NCBI RefSeq assembly: GCF_036321535.1
Contig: NC_087436.1
Location: 111,044,001-111,108,000, forward strand
DNA from: Camelus dromedarius
Lineage: Eukaryota
Direction of reading: 5' to 3'
DNA length: 64,000 bases
Below the pieces are notes generated by a model. It had not been told where the DNA came from. It saw only the letters and a list, made by a program, of their open reading frames with translations, and did not search any database. Position 1 is the stretch's first letter. Every line of letters begins with the position of its first letter. Shown in pieces: positions 24,550 through 37,769 of the stretch. The translations under genes and the position numbers were made by a program.

Positions 24550-24910
24550 TATGCTTGCTTTTCAAGTCAAGTTTTTCTACAGTAATTCTGTATAACAAAC
24601 AGCTCCAAAATCTATTTCATGCTTATGGGCAATCTAATTCACTGGACTCCAGGCTGTGGGTGAAGATTGCATTTCCTCATGACTTCAGGTCCCTGGCTGA
24701 AGGAATAATGGCTTTATGGGGCAGATTCTTCTGATGTTGGGTGGTGGAAGTTCTAGAGAACTGTGGGAACTTGCCAGACCTTTTAAAGCCTAAGCGTAGA
24801 ATGGTATACTGTCACTTTTCTGTATTCATTTCATTGGTCAGAGAGCTGTGCCTCCCTAGTAAGAGACACTGCACGATCCTACATTCAAGAGTGTGAATAT
24901 GATTCTGTTC
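24550..24910 (-). mobile_element. Old MaLR LTR fragment (MLT1H-K-like)
   Basis: ttttaaagcctaagcgtagaatggtatactgtcactt...cattggtca resembles antisense MLT1. Confidence 0.5.
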
Positions 24911-25159
24911 TAGTAAGAGGGTTAAAGGTTGGAAAAAATTATAAGCCTGCATAGCACAATTCTGGGTTTTTAATTATACAGATTATATAAATACCTTATG
25001 AGTTGACCAGTTATTTACAAAAAGTGATCAGTTTTCTTAAGCAGGAATTTCTGATTTCTTAATTTTCAATTAAAATTATATGCCTTCTACAAATTAACCT
25101 TATTAAATTCATGTGTGATAGTATAGGATATAAAAAAAAGACTGGTGACTACCTTGTTA

Positions 25160-25370
25160 ATAATTAGCCTTTGCATGATGTTTTATAGTTTATAAAGTAT
25201 TTTCATATTTTTAAAATTTGATCCACAAGTAAGTTTCATGATGATATCCTAATTTTATAGACGTGGAAATTAGAACAAAAACTTTGTGACTTGGCAAGAT
25301 TACAACTAGTAAGTTCCATTCCATTTTGGAGATTTCAAATATAGTCATCTTTTCATTATTCCATACTGGA
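25160..25370 (-). mobile_element. MIR (degenerate)
   Basis: attttatagacgtggaaatt...gtgacttggcaagattacaactagtaagt. Confidence 0.55.
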
Positions 25371-26500
25371 TCTTATGTTCCCATTCTGTGCTCTTTCCAA
25401 GTTTAAATGAATACTAGGAATATTTCTGGACCACTGCCAAAATCAAAGGGAGCAAGCAATCACTAATCTCTTTATATTCCAACAAATTATATTATCTTCT
25501 CTTTTGACCTGTATATCTGGATTAATTCAAGAGTATCCCAGGGTTTAAACGTAACTAGTATTTACTCATTATTTCAGAAAGATGAGTTTTTTCCTGTATA
25601 GTGTAGCAGAAAACGCATTCAGTTTCATTGTGTATTTTAAAAGTACAAGAGAAATTATTGTGGTACACCAGTGCTTTTCAAATTAGTCCAGTTTAGCTGC
25701 CTCAGGTGATAATGGTTTATTTGAGGTTCTGTATGTGAGTTTATTTGGGAAAAGAAATGGAGGGAGTTTCTGTTGCAAGGAGCAAATTTGAAAAATCAAT
25801 CTATTACCAAGTATGGTTAGAATGATAATGTTATTGTAGGTTAATAAAATTTCTTCATTAGAAAACATTTTCCATGAACTCTTAGTATATTACAATAGTT
25901 GAAATATAAGGAACATTCTTACGAAAAAAATTCATATTTTATATTGAATAATATAACTTGTTTACTTGCTTATTGCTCTAACTCTTACAGCAAAGCCTTT
26001 AAGCAATGTAATAAAAATCTGATCTGACTTTTTAGCAATGGATTTCTACTTTTTTAGGGGGACAGCATTCCATTTTCTCAAATTCTGAAGGCTTTTCTGG
26101 TGCTTTACTCCATTTCTCTGTTTTATGTTGTCTTTCGTGATAAGGAGAATTTATTCCTCTTCCCCCATATCGTCTTGTTTTTTCTGATTTCTTTCATAGT
26201 GAAAGTAAAAATTAATAGACAATGATAAATTGAATCTTTCAGAAGGCTAAATACTTAAAATTCTAATGTTGGAAAGTTAATTTATAACCAGCTTATTGTT
26301 CTTGCTGCTTTGTCTGATAATAGTGCAAATTTACTCTTCATATTCCTTTCTAGATGTCACCAGTTTAGTTTTAAAGTTAGGGCTTTTCCCCTTATAGTTA
26401 GTAGTTAGTTTTTTTTATATGAGCCATTGCTATAGAGAGGTAATTTTATTTATTTTAATAAAGTTAGTGTATTTAATCAATATTTTTCCCTCTTTTAAAG

Positions 26501-26580
26501 ACTGTGAACCAGAAGAGCTGACTGACTGGTCTATGGATGAAAAATGTTCATTTTGTAACCTACAGAGAGAAGCAGTCAGT
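26501..26580 (+). CDS. LCORL: LCORL internal coding exon (exon 3), 80 bp, phase 1/0
   Basis: Acceptor tttttccctcttttaaAG; consensus donor gtaagt at 26581. Translates (D)[26 protein letters not shown] in frame with the previous exon; lies inside ORF 26419..26616. Confidence 0.97.
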
Positions 26581-27433
26581 GTAAGTTTTAGTGCTGTGAA
26601 ATTATTTCTAAACTAATTGTACAATTGTAACACAATTTTTTAAACTTAATTTGTTCTGAAAATATGTGACTTACAGTGAAATTTAAATACTTGATTTTAG
26701 TAATGAGAATAATATTTTAAAGTCTTACGTTAGAAGTCTAACATTTAGTTTAACCTACGGATGAAAATCCCAACACACTCATCTTTTTTTGCTTATTTTA
26801 CATTTCTTTCTTAGAACTCCCTGACTCATAAAGTTAAGTTGCAGATCTGTTTTATATTTAGGAAGACAGTTTGGTCTGAGGCCATCCTATAGTCTGATTT
26901 CTTAGGAATTGGTGGTTGGAGGATAATGTAGCACTACATTTTAGCCTTTTAACTTTCTTATGAAGTCTTTTGGATATCAAATAATTATCTCCTGTGACAT
27001 GATTAATTATTGGTGTCTACAGTAAACAGGCCATAAACTAGATGCGCAGCATCTTCTTGTATGGTGGGAAGTCCTAATTCTTTATGTACTGTTGAGAAGA
27101 AGTGGGAACTTGAGAACTTGTACCCATTTTGGTTAGATTAGTGTGTAAACACATCTGCTTTGTTCTTAAAACTTATTATTGGCATGCTATATAGTGAATT
27201 TATTTAACAATATATTTTATCTGCCCTCCCCCCTTTTTGACAAAAATTTTGCTGAAGAATAATGCTAATTTGGCCCTCTGTAAAAGATAAATATCTTTTT
27301 TCCTGACTCTGCTCCTAAATTTTGTGATCTGTATATAATTTATTTAAAAGGTAGAACAAATGAGCATTTAGAGAATTAATTTTTTTTTTTTTGCCATTTT
27401 AAATGGAGTCCTGTGTTTAAATAAAAAGTGATT

Positions 27434-27447
27434 TGTGTGTGTGTGTG
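27434..27447 (+). repeat. (TG)7 tract 20 nt upstream of exon 4
   Basis: Read directly: atttgtgtgtgtgtgtgttgctttctcctaattctag. Confidence 0.9.
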
Positions 27448-27467
27448 TTGCTTTCTCCTAATTCTAG

Positions 27468-27597
27468 GATTGTATACCATCTCTTGATTCTTCACAGTCA
27501 ACACCAACAGAGGAACTATCATCTCAGGGCCAGTCCAACACTGAAAAGATTGAATGCCAAGCAGAAAATTACCTAAATGCACTCTTTCGAAAGAAAG
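27468..27597 (+). CDS. LCORL: LCORL internal coding exon (exon 4), 130 bp, phase 0/1
   Basis: Acceptor ctttctcctaattctAG; donor AAG|gtaata. Translates [43 protein letters not shown], continuing the frame. Confidence 0.97.
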
Positions 27598-29849
27598 GTA
27601 ATATTGATATACTTTGTCATGTAAAATTTTCAATAGAGATCTAAAATGTTTTAATTTTCCTCACACACATGTTTTTAGTATGTCAATCTCTACTCCATTC
27701 TTGATTTTTTCTTTATCGCTAGTTTTTCTTTGTATTTTTAGAGACATTAGGATTTGCAGTCACTGTAGACCTAGTCTTCATTAGGCATTCCTTTTCACTA
27801 TTCTATTCTCAAATCTCTCCCTGTCTTTATTTTCTTAATCTACTATAGGCAGATGAAAATTTTTAATGCTTCTAGTCTTCCTTATTTGGTTGCACAAGAC
27901 TTGAAAATTATTCATGTTCAATAAGTGATATATTGCAAAGCTATTTTTAGAAATGGAACAGTTAAATCATTTACCAGCCAGGTTGGTAGTATATTTGCTG
28001 AATTGAGATTTCAGTGTTTCTTTGATATCCTGAATATGCTTACTTGACATTAAAATGTCAGTGTTCTTCTTTGCTTCCTGTCTATCTAAACTATTTAATC
28101 CAAATGAAGCTTGTTTCACTTGTTCCCTTGATACACATTTATTAGGCAGAAGTAGTTTTTGTATCTTGAATTACTTGAGAAAAATACAGACACGTAGAAC
28201 CTTCCATTTTTTTTTCTTGGCCATTTCTGCATTAGTAGTAGAGTGTCTTAATTTTTACCACATAGACCTTTGGAGTAAGTCATGGCATGGGGGGATTTCA
28301 GGGGGGTGGTGGAGGGATCATCCTACCTCCCAGCTTCCAGAGATTGAGAAAAACATTACTGTGTTTTCATCCAAGTACTGACTGTGCTTTTACTCCTCTT
28401 TTGAATTAGGTAATATTAAATATTTTCTGTTAAATTAATAGCTTCCAGGTTTTAATGAATGATGTTGAATATAGTCCTTCCCTTTGAGAAAGGAGGCTTT
28501 TGTTTAGTCTTAATGTTATGAGTTCTTTTATGTGTTGAAATATGAAAATCCTCTGGTTAGAAGAATCATCAGTATATTTAAAGGCCTAAAGTTAAGAACT
28601 ATATTTTAAGTTCAAAGAACTGAAAACCTTTTCCTGTGTTACTAAAGTACTTAGTATTGAAAAAGTGGCATTGTCTTTAAAAAAATTATTTTTCCAAAAT
28701 TTTCTATGTGAACCAATATAAAAATACTTTACATGCTTTATGAATTTTATAATATTAATTTTAAAAATTGTATTCTGTCTGTAAGTTTACACTTCTAAGA
28801 AGAATTATTGTATCAGATTTACATCACTGAGAGAGCTGTAGGAAATGTATGCATTTGCACCCATGCATGCAGTTAACTTTCACTCACCTTTGAACTTATT
28901 ACTCAGTCTCCTTTGAATAATTTGTAATGGTAGTAGGTAGAATTATCAATAGTAATAACCTTTAATATTTGATAGTATGGAGTTAACCTGTGCTCCATTG
29001 CCCTATTAAGAGTAATCAGTAAAAACTTGGTACTATTTCAGCTGATTCAAGCATCTGGGTCTCCAAGAGGTCTCCTACCAATGGTTGGGTGAGTGTTCAT
29101 GGATATTTAGTGACCTCTCCATTTGGGGATTTTTTTGATTTTCTTCAAGATCTTTGAAAGATCCCAGGGTTTTTAAATGAAAGAGTCTTACTAGTATTTT
29201 TGCTTTACTTCAGGTCTTAAGTATTTTTATCTTTGTTAATTTCTTTATTTGTAGTCCATCATCACTTTCCAGATTTAATTAAACATAAATACTTTTCTAC
29301 TTGTTTACTTGGGTTTGTTTCTGTTGTTTGTTTTTCATTTTCTTTGAATAAAATCATTTTAGAGATTTCCAGTATGGTCTGACCAGGATGAGGCTAGAAG
29401 ATAATAACTATCTTTTAAATGGTCCTAATTCCTTTGTGTATTTGTTTATTATTTGTTTATTTTTTTAGGAAGTTCTATTTACTCTGCTTTGAAATAAAAG
29501 GCAAAAAATGTGTTTTTAAAGACAGGAAATACTTCTGAGACTTTGAAGCAAATAAAATGTTAATAAAACATATTGTTTAGTGAAGTTTTCATTTGATTCC
29601 TGAAAATTTCTCAGTCATTTTTAGGAGTTCTGGATATTAATAACATTAATGTTACTGATATTTAAATCTGTTGCTTAGTTTGAGGAACATAAGCATGAGA
29701 TCATCTTGCCAAAACAAGAAAATCTTTTAATATAATCCTCATTGTAGCTTGTTTGTTATCCTTCCTAACTATAATTTTGGGGATAATGATGATAAATTAA
29801 ATGTAAACTATTATTATTGAGAACTCACACTTAGGATAATTATTATCAT

Positions 29850-30010
29850 TGAGGCCATCACTTATGATGGAACACTAGACCCTTTTGGTGCTTTATCTCA
29901 TTTAATCCCAAAACAGTTTTAAGAGAGAGGTCCTCTTATTATCATTTTAACAGATAGAGACAATGAAGCACAGAGAAGTTAAATTCTGTGTTGTGAACAT
30001 TTGAATCCTT
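29850..30010 (-). mobile_element. MIR
   Basis: atctcatttaatccc...cattttaacagatagagacaatgaagcacagagaagttaa. Confidence 0.7.
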
Positions 30011-30467
30011 GAAAGAAATTTTAAAAAGGTCAGAGATGTTCTGTGTGGAGAGCACTGAAGTTCTTTTAAGTATTAAATAGAAAAGCCTTCCTATTCTCTA
30101 CTACTTAGCAGCCTAGGACTAGAATTATTTTAATTGAATTAGGCAAACTAGAGAGAAACTATGAGAAATGCTCTGTTTCTCATAGGTTTCCTTTTCCTTT
30201 TTATGAACTATGAACAGCTTTAGTGATTAGTTCCTTCATAGTGTTTAATAATTGGAGAAAACTTACTAAACTAAATACAGTTCGGACAATCCCTTATAAT
30301 GAGAAACGAGTCAAAGATACTCTTTCAGGATTGAATAAATAGAATCAGGAGGAGGGGATATTTTAGTGCAGAAGTGAACTTTTAACTAATTTTGTATGTT
30401 CTTTACTTTAGAAGTTTTTCAATATTGAATTCCTTCCAGAGGTTAACCCTAGAAATTGTCCAGAGTG

Positions 30468-30595
30468 CTAGAGTAGAATGAAAGCTCCATGATAGTAGAG
30501 ACTTTGTTCTGTTAATTGCAGAATCCCAGGTATCTGGAACAGTACTTGTCACATCTTAGATCTTCAGTAAATATTTCTTGAATGAATGAATGAGT
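30468..30595 (+). mobile_element. L2 3' end
   Basis: tagaatgaaagctccatga...cagtaaatatttcttgaatgaatgaatga. Confidence 0.85.
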
Positions 30596-31128
30596 ACTAA
30601 GATAAACTGTCCAGATAGCTTCCAGTTTCTCTACATACTCAGTGGTATTAACACTTACTCTGTTTGAAGACTAAAATTATTTAGCATGTACGTATAGTTT
30701 ATATTTTCCTACTTTGTACTTAAGTTTATTACTATGTATAGTTTGAATATCAGTAAATTTAGTTGTTTTGAAGTGTGAATAAACATAGGCATATAGATAT
30801 AAAATGCCTTTTATGAGGCTATCCCCATAAGATATAAACTGAATTATTTTGACTTTTAGCTTCACATTCTCTAATCACCTAAAGTCGTGTAAATCACTGG
30901 CTTATGGTTCAGGAAGATGTCTCATCTTTTATTTTTAAATTAAAAAAGGCTACTTAACTTGAATAAATTGGACAAATAGTATGCACATTATAGCTGAATG
31001 AATCATACTAAGTATATAGTACAATAAAACCTTTCAGCAAAATACAGTATGTTTTTCCTAGTTTATCTTTTACCCCCACATACATTTACCATTTATGTAA
31101 CTATTGTTCTGGTCTTGTCTTTTCACAG

Positions 31129-31320
31129 ACCTTCCGTCTGTATCTGATGTAGTTAGTTGAAAGCTGCGATTAAACAGCCCTTTCCCCTTGAATTAACTGA
31201 TAGCCAGGTTTTATGTAAAGTTTTTCATGCCTTTTCTGAACACAGACCCGTTTCCTTTTAAACTCTTCATTTTTAAGCTTTATACTATTGCATGAAATAA
31301 ATATTTACACTGCTCTTTAA
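31129..31320 (+). other. Candidate alternative terminal exon of LCORL (DLPSVSDVVS*)
   Basis: Pyrimidine-rich acceptor ttctggtcttgtcttttcacAG (AG ends 31128), upstream gtaac branch-like motif, in-frame TGA at 31158-31160, AATAAA at 31296-31301. 3' end is a guess. Confidence 0.35.
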
Positions 31321-31879
31321 CTAAGTGGATTATGACTGATGATAAAACATTTGATTTCTTAGAAACAGGAGTGTTAATATTTTAGATCACTTTTCTCTAA
31401 ATGCAATCATCCCTGACTATTTAAATTTGACCTAATTCATTCAGGCCATAAGTGTTTCTTTTACAAGTGTGCCTTTGTGATACCATTGTGGTCATACATA
31501 GGCTTTCTTTTTATATGTGGGTTGCCTTTTTGGAACTCTCAGGGAATTGTATGTTAGTGCCATAAAATAATCCACATACCATTATAAGCCACATTCAGAA
31601 ATGTTCATGAAAAGATTTTCCTTGTTTTGCCATATACAGAGGACATGAATGAAATTCTAAGAACACACTTAAAATTAGGACTAGATTAAAAAATTTTTGC
31701 ATTTCTATTAAAATCACCTTTCTGCCTGCAATACAGCAGAAATTAAAGGCCGACTATGGGGTCATTCTTCATCACCTGGATTCTTCCCTTTTTTTGTCTT
31801 TTTTCACCTCTAATTTGACCCAGTTACAGCTTTACAAGCACCCACATTTTTCCCACTGTGTCTTCTGGAACTTGTGGTC

Positions 31880-34410
31880 TTTCATCAGCAATCCCCTATA
31901 TCCTTAGTCTTTTCTCTTAATGTTACCTTTACTTTTTTGCTATAACTGAAGCATATATATTCATAAAAGATGCTTTTATAACCCTTTCTCTTGCTGGATA
32001 TTTGTAATTCCTTGCTTTATGTAATGTAAGTATGATAAAATTAACAAGCAACTTCTGAGATCTGTATAGCTGCTTTCTGATCATTTATTTGCCCTCATCA
32101 TCAAAACCATCAGCTTGTTTGGAGCACATGACATCAAACATCCCATTAATATTATCATGTTGCAGACCTCTACCAGCCCTTTCACTTTCTTCCTCTCATC
32201 ATAGTTCTTGGTGACTTCAAGTTCTATGTAGCTGATATGGTCAACATTCTGGCCTCTCAGTTACTTGATCTTTTCATTTCAAATGATCTCTCCCTCCATT
32301 CCACTCCAGCTACCTTTTCCCATAATCATCCCTAGACCATTGCCTCCTGCCAAATAAAATTTCAACCATCTCTTTTTCTAACTACCATTTTATTCCAGTA
32401 GTCATGCCAGTATTTTTTTTTTTAACCTCCTTGCATCCTGCAATCTATTGCCCATACCACTTCTTACTGTTTATTGTCTTCTCATGACTTCACATCTCTC
32501 CTTACTCAGCTCAGATACTGTGCTTGATCGCTGTGGTCATCTTTCTATAAATCTTAACTCCCTTCTTCTCTTCATATTTGTTTATCAGAACCTTATCTGT
32601 GTTTTAACCCAATTCTGTATATATTACACCCTTGTCCTGGAACAGCTGAACTTAACTAGAGTAAAACACCCGGTTATGCTGACTGTGATGTCTCACCTAG
32701 TCAGTTTCCTCTATTACAGGTGGTTATGTTCTCTGTCTCCTCAAACCGTCACAACGAAAAATCACCCTTCCTTTTTTTGTAGCACAATCACCTTCTTACA
32801 TATTATATAATTTACTTTTTCCTTTTATTTATTGTTTATTATCTTTTTCTTCCTGCTAGAATATAAACACTATGAAGAATTGGATTTTTTTATTTTTACT
32901 GACTGATATATCTGAAGCATCTGACATTTGGTTCATATTTAATAAATATTTGTTCTTTCTATACTTTTACCAGCTTCACTTCTCAACTCCCCTTGTCTTT
33001 TCAACCCATCCCAATTAAACTTTCTTTCCTACTATTCCACTGAAGTTGTTTTTTATCAATTTCATTGGTAATTCCATCTTGTACTACTCAGAAGAAAGTT
33101 ATCAATTTTCACCTTATTCAGGCTTTCAGCATCATTTGATAGAATTGATCACTTCCTTAATCCTGGTTTCTAGGAAATTATATTCTTTTAATTTCTTTTT
33201 CCTATTTCTTGCAGATAACTTCTTTCATATGCTTCTTGCTGATTTTTATCTTCTTGATCTTTAAATATTGAAGAGCCCAGGAGTTAGTCCTCAGCTGTCG
33301 TTCTTCCCATTATACCTTCTCTTACTTGATGGCCTCATTTTGTCCAGTGGATTTAATTATAATGTACGTGCTGATGATATCTGCATATTATAGAATTACA
33401 TCTAATCCTAATCTTTCCTCTAGCTTTACTCTCTTATATCTGTCTACTTGATCTTATATCATGTCTTCTTTCTTATATCTTTCTTTACTAGAATATCTGA
33501 TAGGCATCTCAGAATGACCTGACTAAAACAGAACAGTTGATTTTACTCTCAACGAAACTTTCCTCTGCCCTAGTCTTTCCCATTTTAGTAAAATGTATCA
33601 CTTTTGACCCAGGTGGTCAGCCCCCAAAGCTTGGAGCCTTTCTTGATTCCTCAGTGTCCTTTATACCCACATTCAACCTATAGTCAAGTCCCATTGGCTC
33701 TACCTTCAAAATCTGTCCAGAATCTGACCGTGTCTCAACATTTCTTTTGCTACCATCCTAAACCACGGCACTTCATTTTTTACATATACTCCTTAAAGAG
33801 CCTCCTAACTGGTGTCTCTGCTTCTCCTTTGCCCTTCCGTACCAATTCATTTTTCTTCATAGAAGGCAAAGTGATATTTCTAAAGCCTTAACCAGAACAT
33901 TCCTCTGCCCAAAAATGTTTAATTGGCTTTGCATGTCAGAGTAAAAAATCTATCAAGGACTTGATCTGCATTGTCTGGTTCTGCCTCCTCTTTAACCACA
34001 TCTCTTAATTGCCCATTCTTTTGCAGACTCTGGCTTTTTTGCTTTTTCTTAAGTGTGCTAACTTTATTCCCATCTCAGGGTCTTCCTACTTGCTGTTGCT
34101 ATTACCTCTACCTGGAATCCTGTTTCTGCCTGAGCATTGCACTCCTTCATATTACCAAACATTACCAATGGCCAGATGCCACCCATTGCCCCAGTCATTC
34201 TGTTTATAATTCTTTCAGTCACTCTCTTTCCTATCATTCTGCTTTTTGTTTATTTGTTTCCCTGACTGACTCCTCTTTTACCATCTCTTTGTTATCTGCT
34301 ACTTCTAGAATATAAGAACAGTAAGACAGGGATTTTGTCTATTTTGCTATATCGTAAGCATCTAGAATAGTACCTGGTATAGTTAATACTCAATAACTTA
34401 ATTGAGTGCA
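31880..34410 (+). mobile_element. Long decayed L2, with a second L2 3' end at about 32780-32955
   Basis: cttggtgacttcaa, gtgctgatgatatc (RT remnant), ctaccttcaaaat, and terminal tagtacctgg...ctcaataac. Confidence 0.8.
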
Positions 34411-35264
34411 TGTAGAAAAGGAATAATTTTAAAGATCAATAGCAATGCTTTAAAATCATGATTGTCTATCCAGCTTTTAAAAACCGTGACTTATAGCAGT
34501 AGTATGCTAAAGCAAAATCTTTTAAGAGTCCTTGCATGTGAAAAGCAAGTGCCAAAATTCTAAGATGTTCCAGGGGTCAGTCAAAAATATTGAAAATATA
34601 AGAGATTCTAAATTCCTTTCAGAAATGTTTAGTCATTGAATTACTGTTTCAGTGGTTTTACACAACTCTAATAACCTTTTGAGGGCATAGTTTAAATTTG
34701 GAGGAAGCAGTGGTTCTTCCATTTATCTTTATAAAATTCTTTAGGACTTGTCTAAAATTTTTATTTGCATATTCTAATTAAGTTGAGACGGTATAGTCTA
34801 GTGGGTGAGAGGGAAGACCTAATTCTCAGAAAAAAGGAAATTTTATTTGGGGCTCTATTATTTGAATTAGCATCTATCCTTAGGTAATATTTCTTGCCTA
34901 TGCTCTGTCTCTAATATGGCAGATAGTGAAATTAGCCTGTATCCAATTAAATGTAGTAATCTGTATATGCTATTCAAAATAATCAGAGTACTAAATTGGA
35001 AAAAGCACTTTTATGTGGAAGAAATAGACAATTACTTTTGCTATTTAACTGTTTATTATTAACTTATTTTAAAAATCTTTTTATAATATTCTCTGGTTTT
35101 CTGAGTAACTCATGAAGTTACCAGCTGTGTCATCACCTATGTGTTCTTTTATAAAATGCTACTAACTTAGTTCTTTCTTTCCCTGAAGTATGACTTTCCC
35201 TGAAGCAAGACTAACATGTTGGCCTTTATAAAACATATTGCTGGTCCATGAATAAAGAAGTCCC

Positions 35265-35575
35265 TTCATTCAACAAAGATCCACTAAGCTTCCTTCTATA
35301 TGCCAGGTATCGTACTAGTGAACAAAAGGCAAAAAAACATCCTTCTCTTCATGGACTTTTGTATGCTAGTGATGGGAAGCAGACAGTAAATAAGTAAAGT
35401 CTATTTGTGGTTGAATGTGCATACATACACGCATACACCCCTTACACACAGGCTGGATATAAATATATATATAAGGGCTGTGGAGGCAAAGTGGAGAGAG
35501 GAGCATAGGGAATGTCAGGTTAGAGGTGGGGATCGCGATCTTATAAAGAGTATTCAAATAACATTTGAGCAAAAG
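35265..35575 (-). mobile_element. L2 3' fragment
   Basis: ttcattcaacaaa...ctatatgccaggta...gtgaacaaaa...acatttgagcaaa. Confidence 0.65.
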
Positions 35576-37769
35576 CGAAAAAATAAGGTATCAAACTACA
35601 GAAATCCTAGGGGGATTACATTTCAAGAATTAAAGAGTTAAAGTTTTGAAAAATTACAGATCAGGCATGTGGTAGGTGACTGCCACGCCCATTCCTTAGT
35701 TTTACAGATCATTTATTTTCCTTTTAAAACCAATCTAAAATTACAGCATTTTAAAGCAAGTAGGGGATTTAGAGATTATTTACTCTGTTCCTTTACTTAC
35801 ATACAAAGAAATAACAGTTAAATAACTTGACCAAGGAACGTGTACTCTAATGTAAGTAACTAATGAAATAATGTAAGATAGTTAATGATTGCCAGTAGCA
35901 TTCAGTAAAACAATTTTTAAAAGGCATTTTTTAAATGTTTAATTAATGGATGAAAGAGTTGCCTACCTGAAGTTTGATGGTAATAAAAGAGATGGAGGCT
36001 TAGTTCCTGTTGCTGTTCGGTGATAAGCAATATTAAGCCACGTTGAGCTGGGGAAGTAGTGGAAAGCTGAATTAAATGCCTGAGGTTTGTCCAAGTCTGA
36101 ATCCGTGAAACTAGCTCTTAACCATTAGTTGAAGCCATGGAAAAAACAATGGGACTCTTAAAAACTAAAAATGGACCAACTATTTAAGTTTGCTTCACTT
36201 GCACTTTTTCAGCTCCTGATTACCCTGTAATGTGAGAAGTCTTCTCATATCATGACCAAACTCTGTTGTATCAACAACCATTTTATCTGCATAATGTAAA
36301 GTTTCTTTTAAAGATTTGATGTCAGATATCTGTGACTCCTTTATCTTTACCTGACTAATGATGAGCATCAAGTTGAAAACTTTTCTCAATCATAAACTCT
36401 CCACTATGTGATATTAGCAGTTCTTTAACATTTTCATGGTGCACTTCATTAAATCCAGCCTCTTTATCTAGATATAAGGCTTTTTACTTTACAGTGAGCA
36501 TTTCCTTTAACTCCTGGAAGTTAACCAAAAATACACTAGGTTTGTTCATACTCCATTTATTGTTTATTGTGATACTTTTTCCTAAGCCTGATTGACTTAG
36601 AGTGTCTTTTAATCAAAGCTCTTCCATGAATCCTACATCTAGAAGTGCCAAATGCATCAGCATGCCACTGCAGATATTTCATGACAAGTGTGAAAAATAA
36701 AAATCTGTGTCATGGGGTATCTGTCCACTGGTCTAATTGGTCAGAATACATCCCAAAGAGACCATGAGATAGGAGATAAATAAACTTACTTTTTTTTAAT
36801 AGCTTAGTTTCTGCACACCTCCTGTAGTTTATAAAGCATCTTTGCACATAGCACGTGATTCTCTTAGCTGTAAGACTTTAAACCCGATTGCAGTCTGCCT
36901 GCAAATTTAAGACAGTCCAATATACTAAATTGGGTGGTACTAGCATCTGAAGATCAGGGCCTTTTAAGGAAAAAACAAAACTCGATAGCCAATGAAATTA
37001 GCTGAAGACTGAAGTAAAGTAGTCGTGTGCCTTGAACTGAAATAAAAAGGGTGGGGAGGGGTATGTTGCTGGTCAGCTATTTTTTTTTTCTGATAATTTT
37101 CTTCATATTACTGTAGTTTTATGGGTGATAAACTCTACTGTAAAAAACAACTGAGTTATAAGCCGGCCTCTGAAACAATCTACTGCCTCAGTGCTTTTAT
37201 AAAGGTTCTGTCTTGCCATAATTTTGAGTCTGATGTTTTCAGTTTCTTACTCTCACACAAAGGTCATTTTTTCAAATGCAATTTTTGTAGAGATAGTACT
37301 TTGTTAAACATACTCTAACACATGAACTTTCCTTTATCTCATTTAATATGATAATAGTTGTAATTCTCTTTTAAATAATTACTTATTTTCTGTGGCCCTT
37401 TGGAACCTCAATGGCTGATTAATTCTTTCTGAATTTCTCTTGTGTATCTCAAGATATAAGGAGTCTAGGATTCTAGCAGAGTTTGATCAGATACTGTACC
37501 TTTGAAATGTGATAAATTAGTTTTGTAAATTACAATCTCACCATTTTTAGTTTATATATCATTATGAACTATCCATTACAGTTTACTATTTGCAGTTGGC
37601 TAGTTGTACATTATATTGACAGCCTGCTCAGACTGTTCTGTTGATTGGAACTCACTGATTTGTTATTGCTAAGTAGTGGTGATCCCCTACCTTTCTCCAT
37701 GTGGATTTGTTATGTGTGTGTGTTTTCCACCTTAAAGTATTTTGAATGAAGTCGTCTAAAATGTTTCTA

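Noticed and set aside
26419..26616. 65-aa single-exon ORF
   Set aside because: Only 26501-26580 is LCORL coding; the remainder is intronic read-through past clear splice sites.
27376..27633. 85-aa antisense ORF over exon 4
   Set aside because: Shadow frame of the real exon, with no independent support.
32448..34315. Several 66-120 aa plus-strand ORFs
   Set aside because: They lie in pyrimidine-rich decayed L2 sequence and have no recognisable intact domain.
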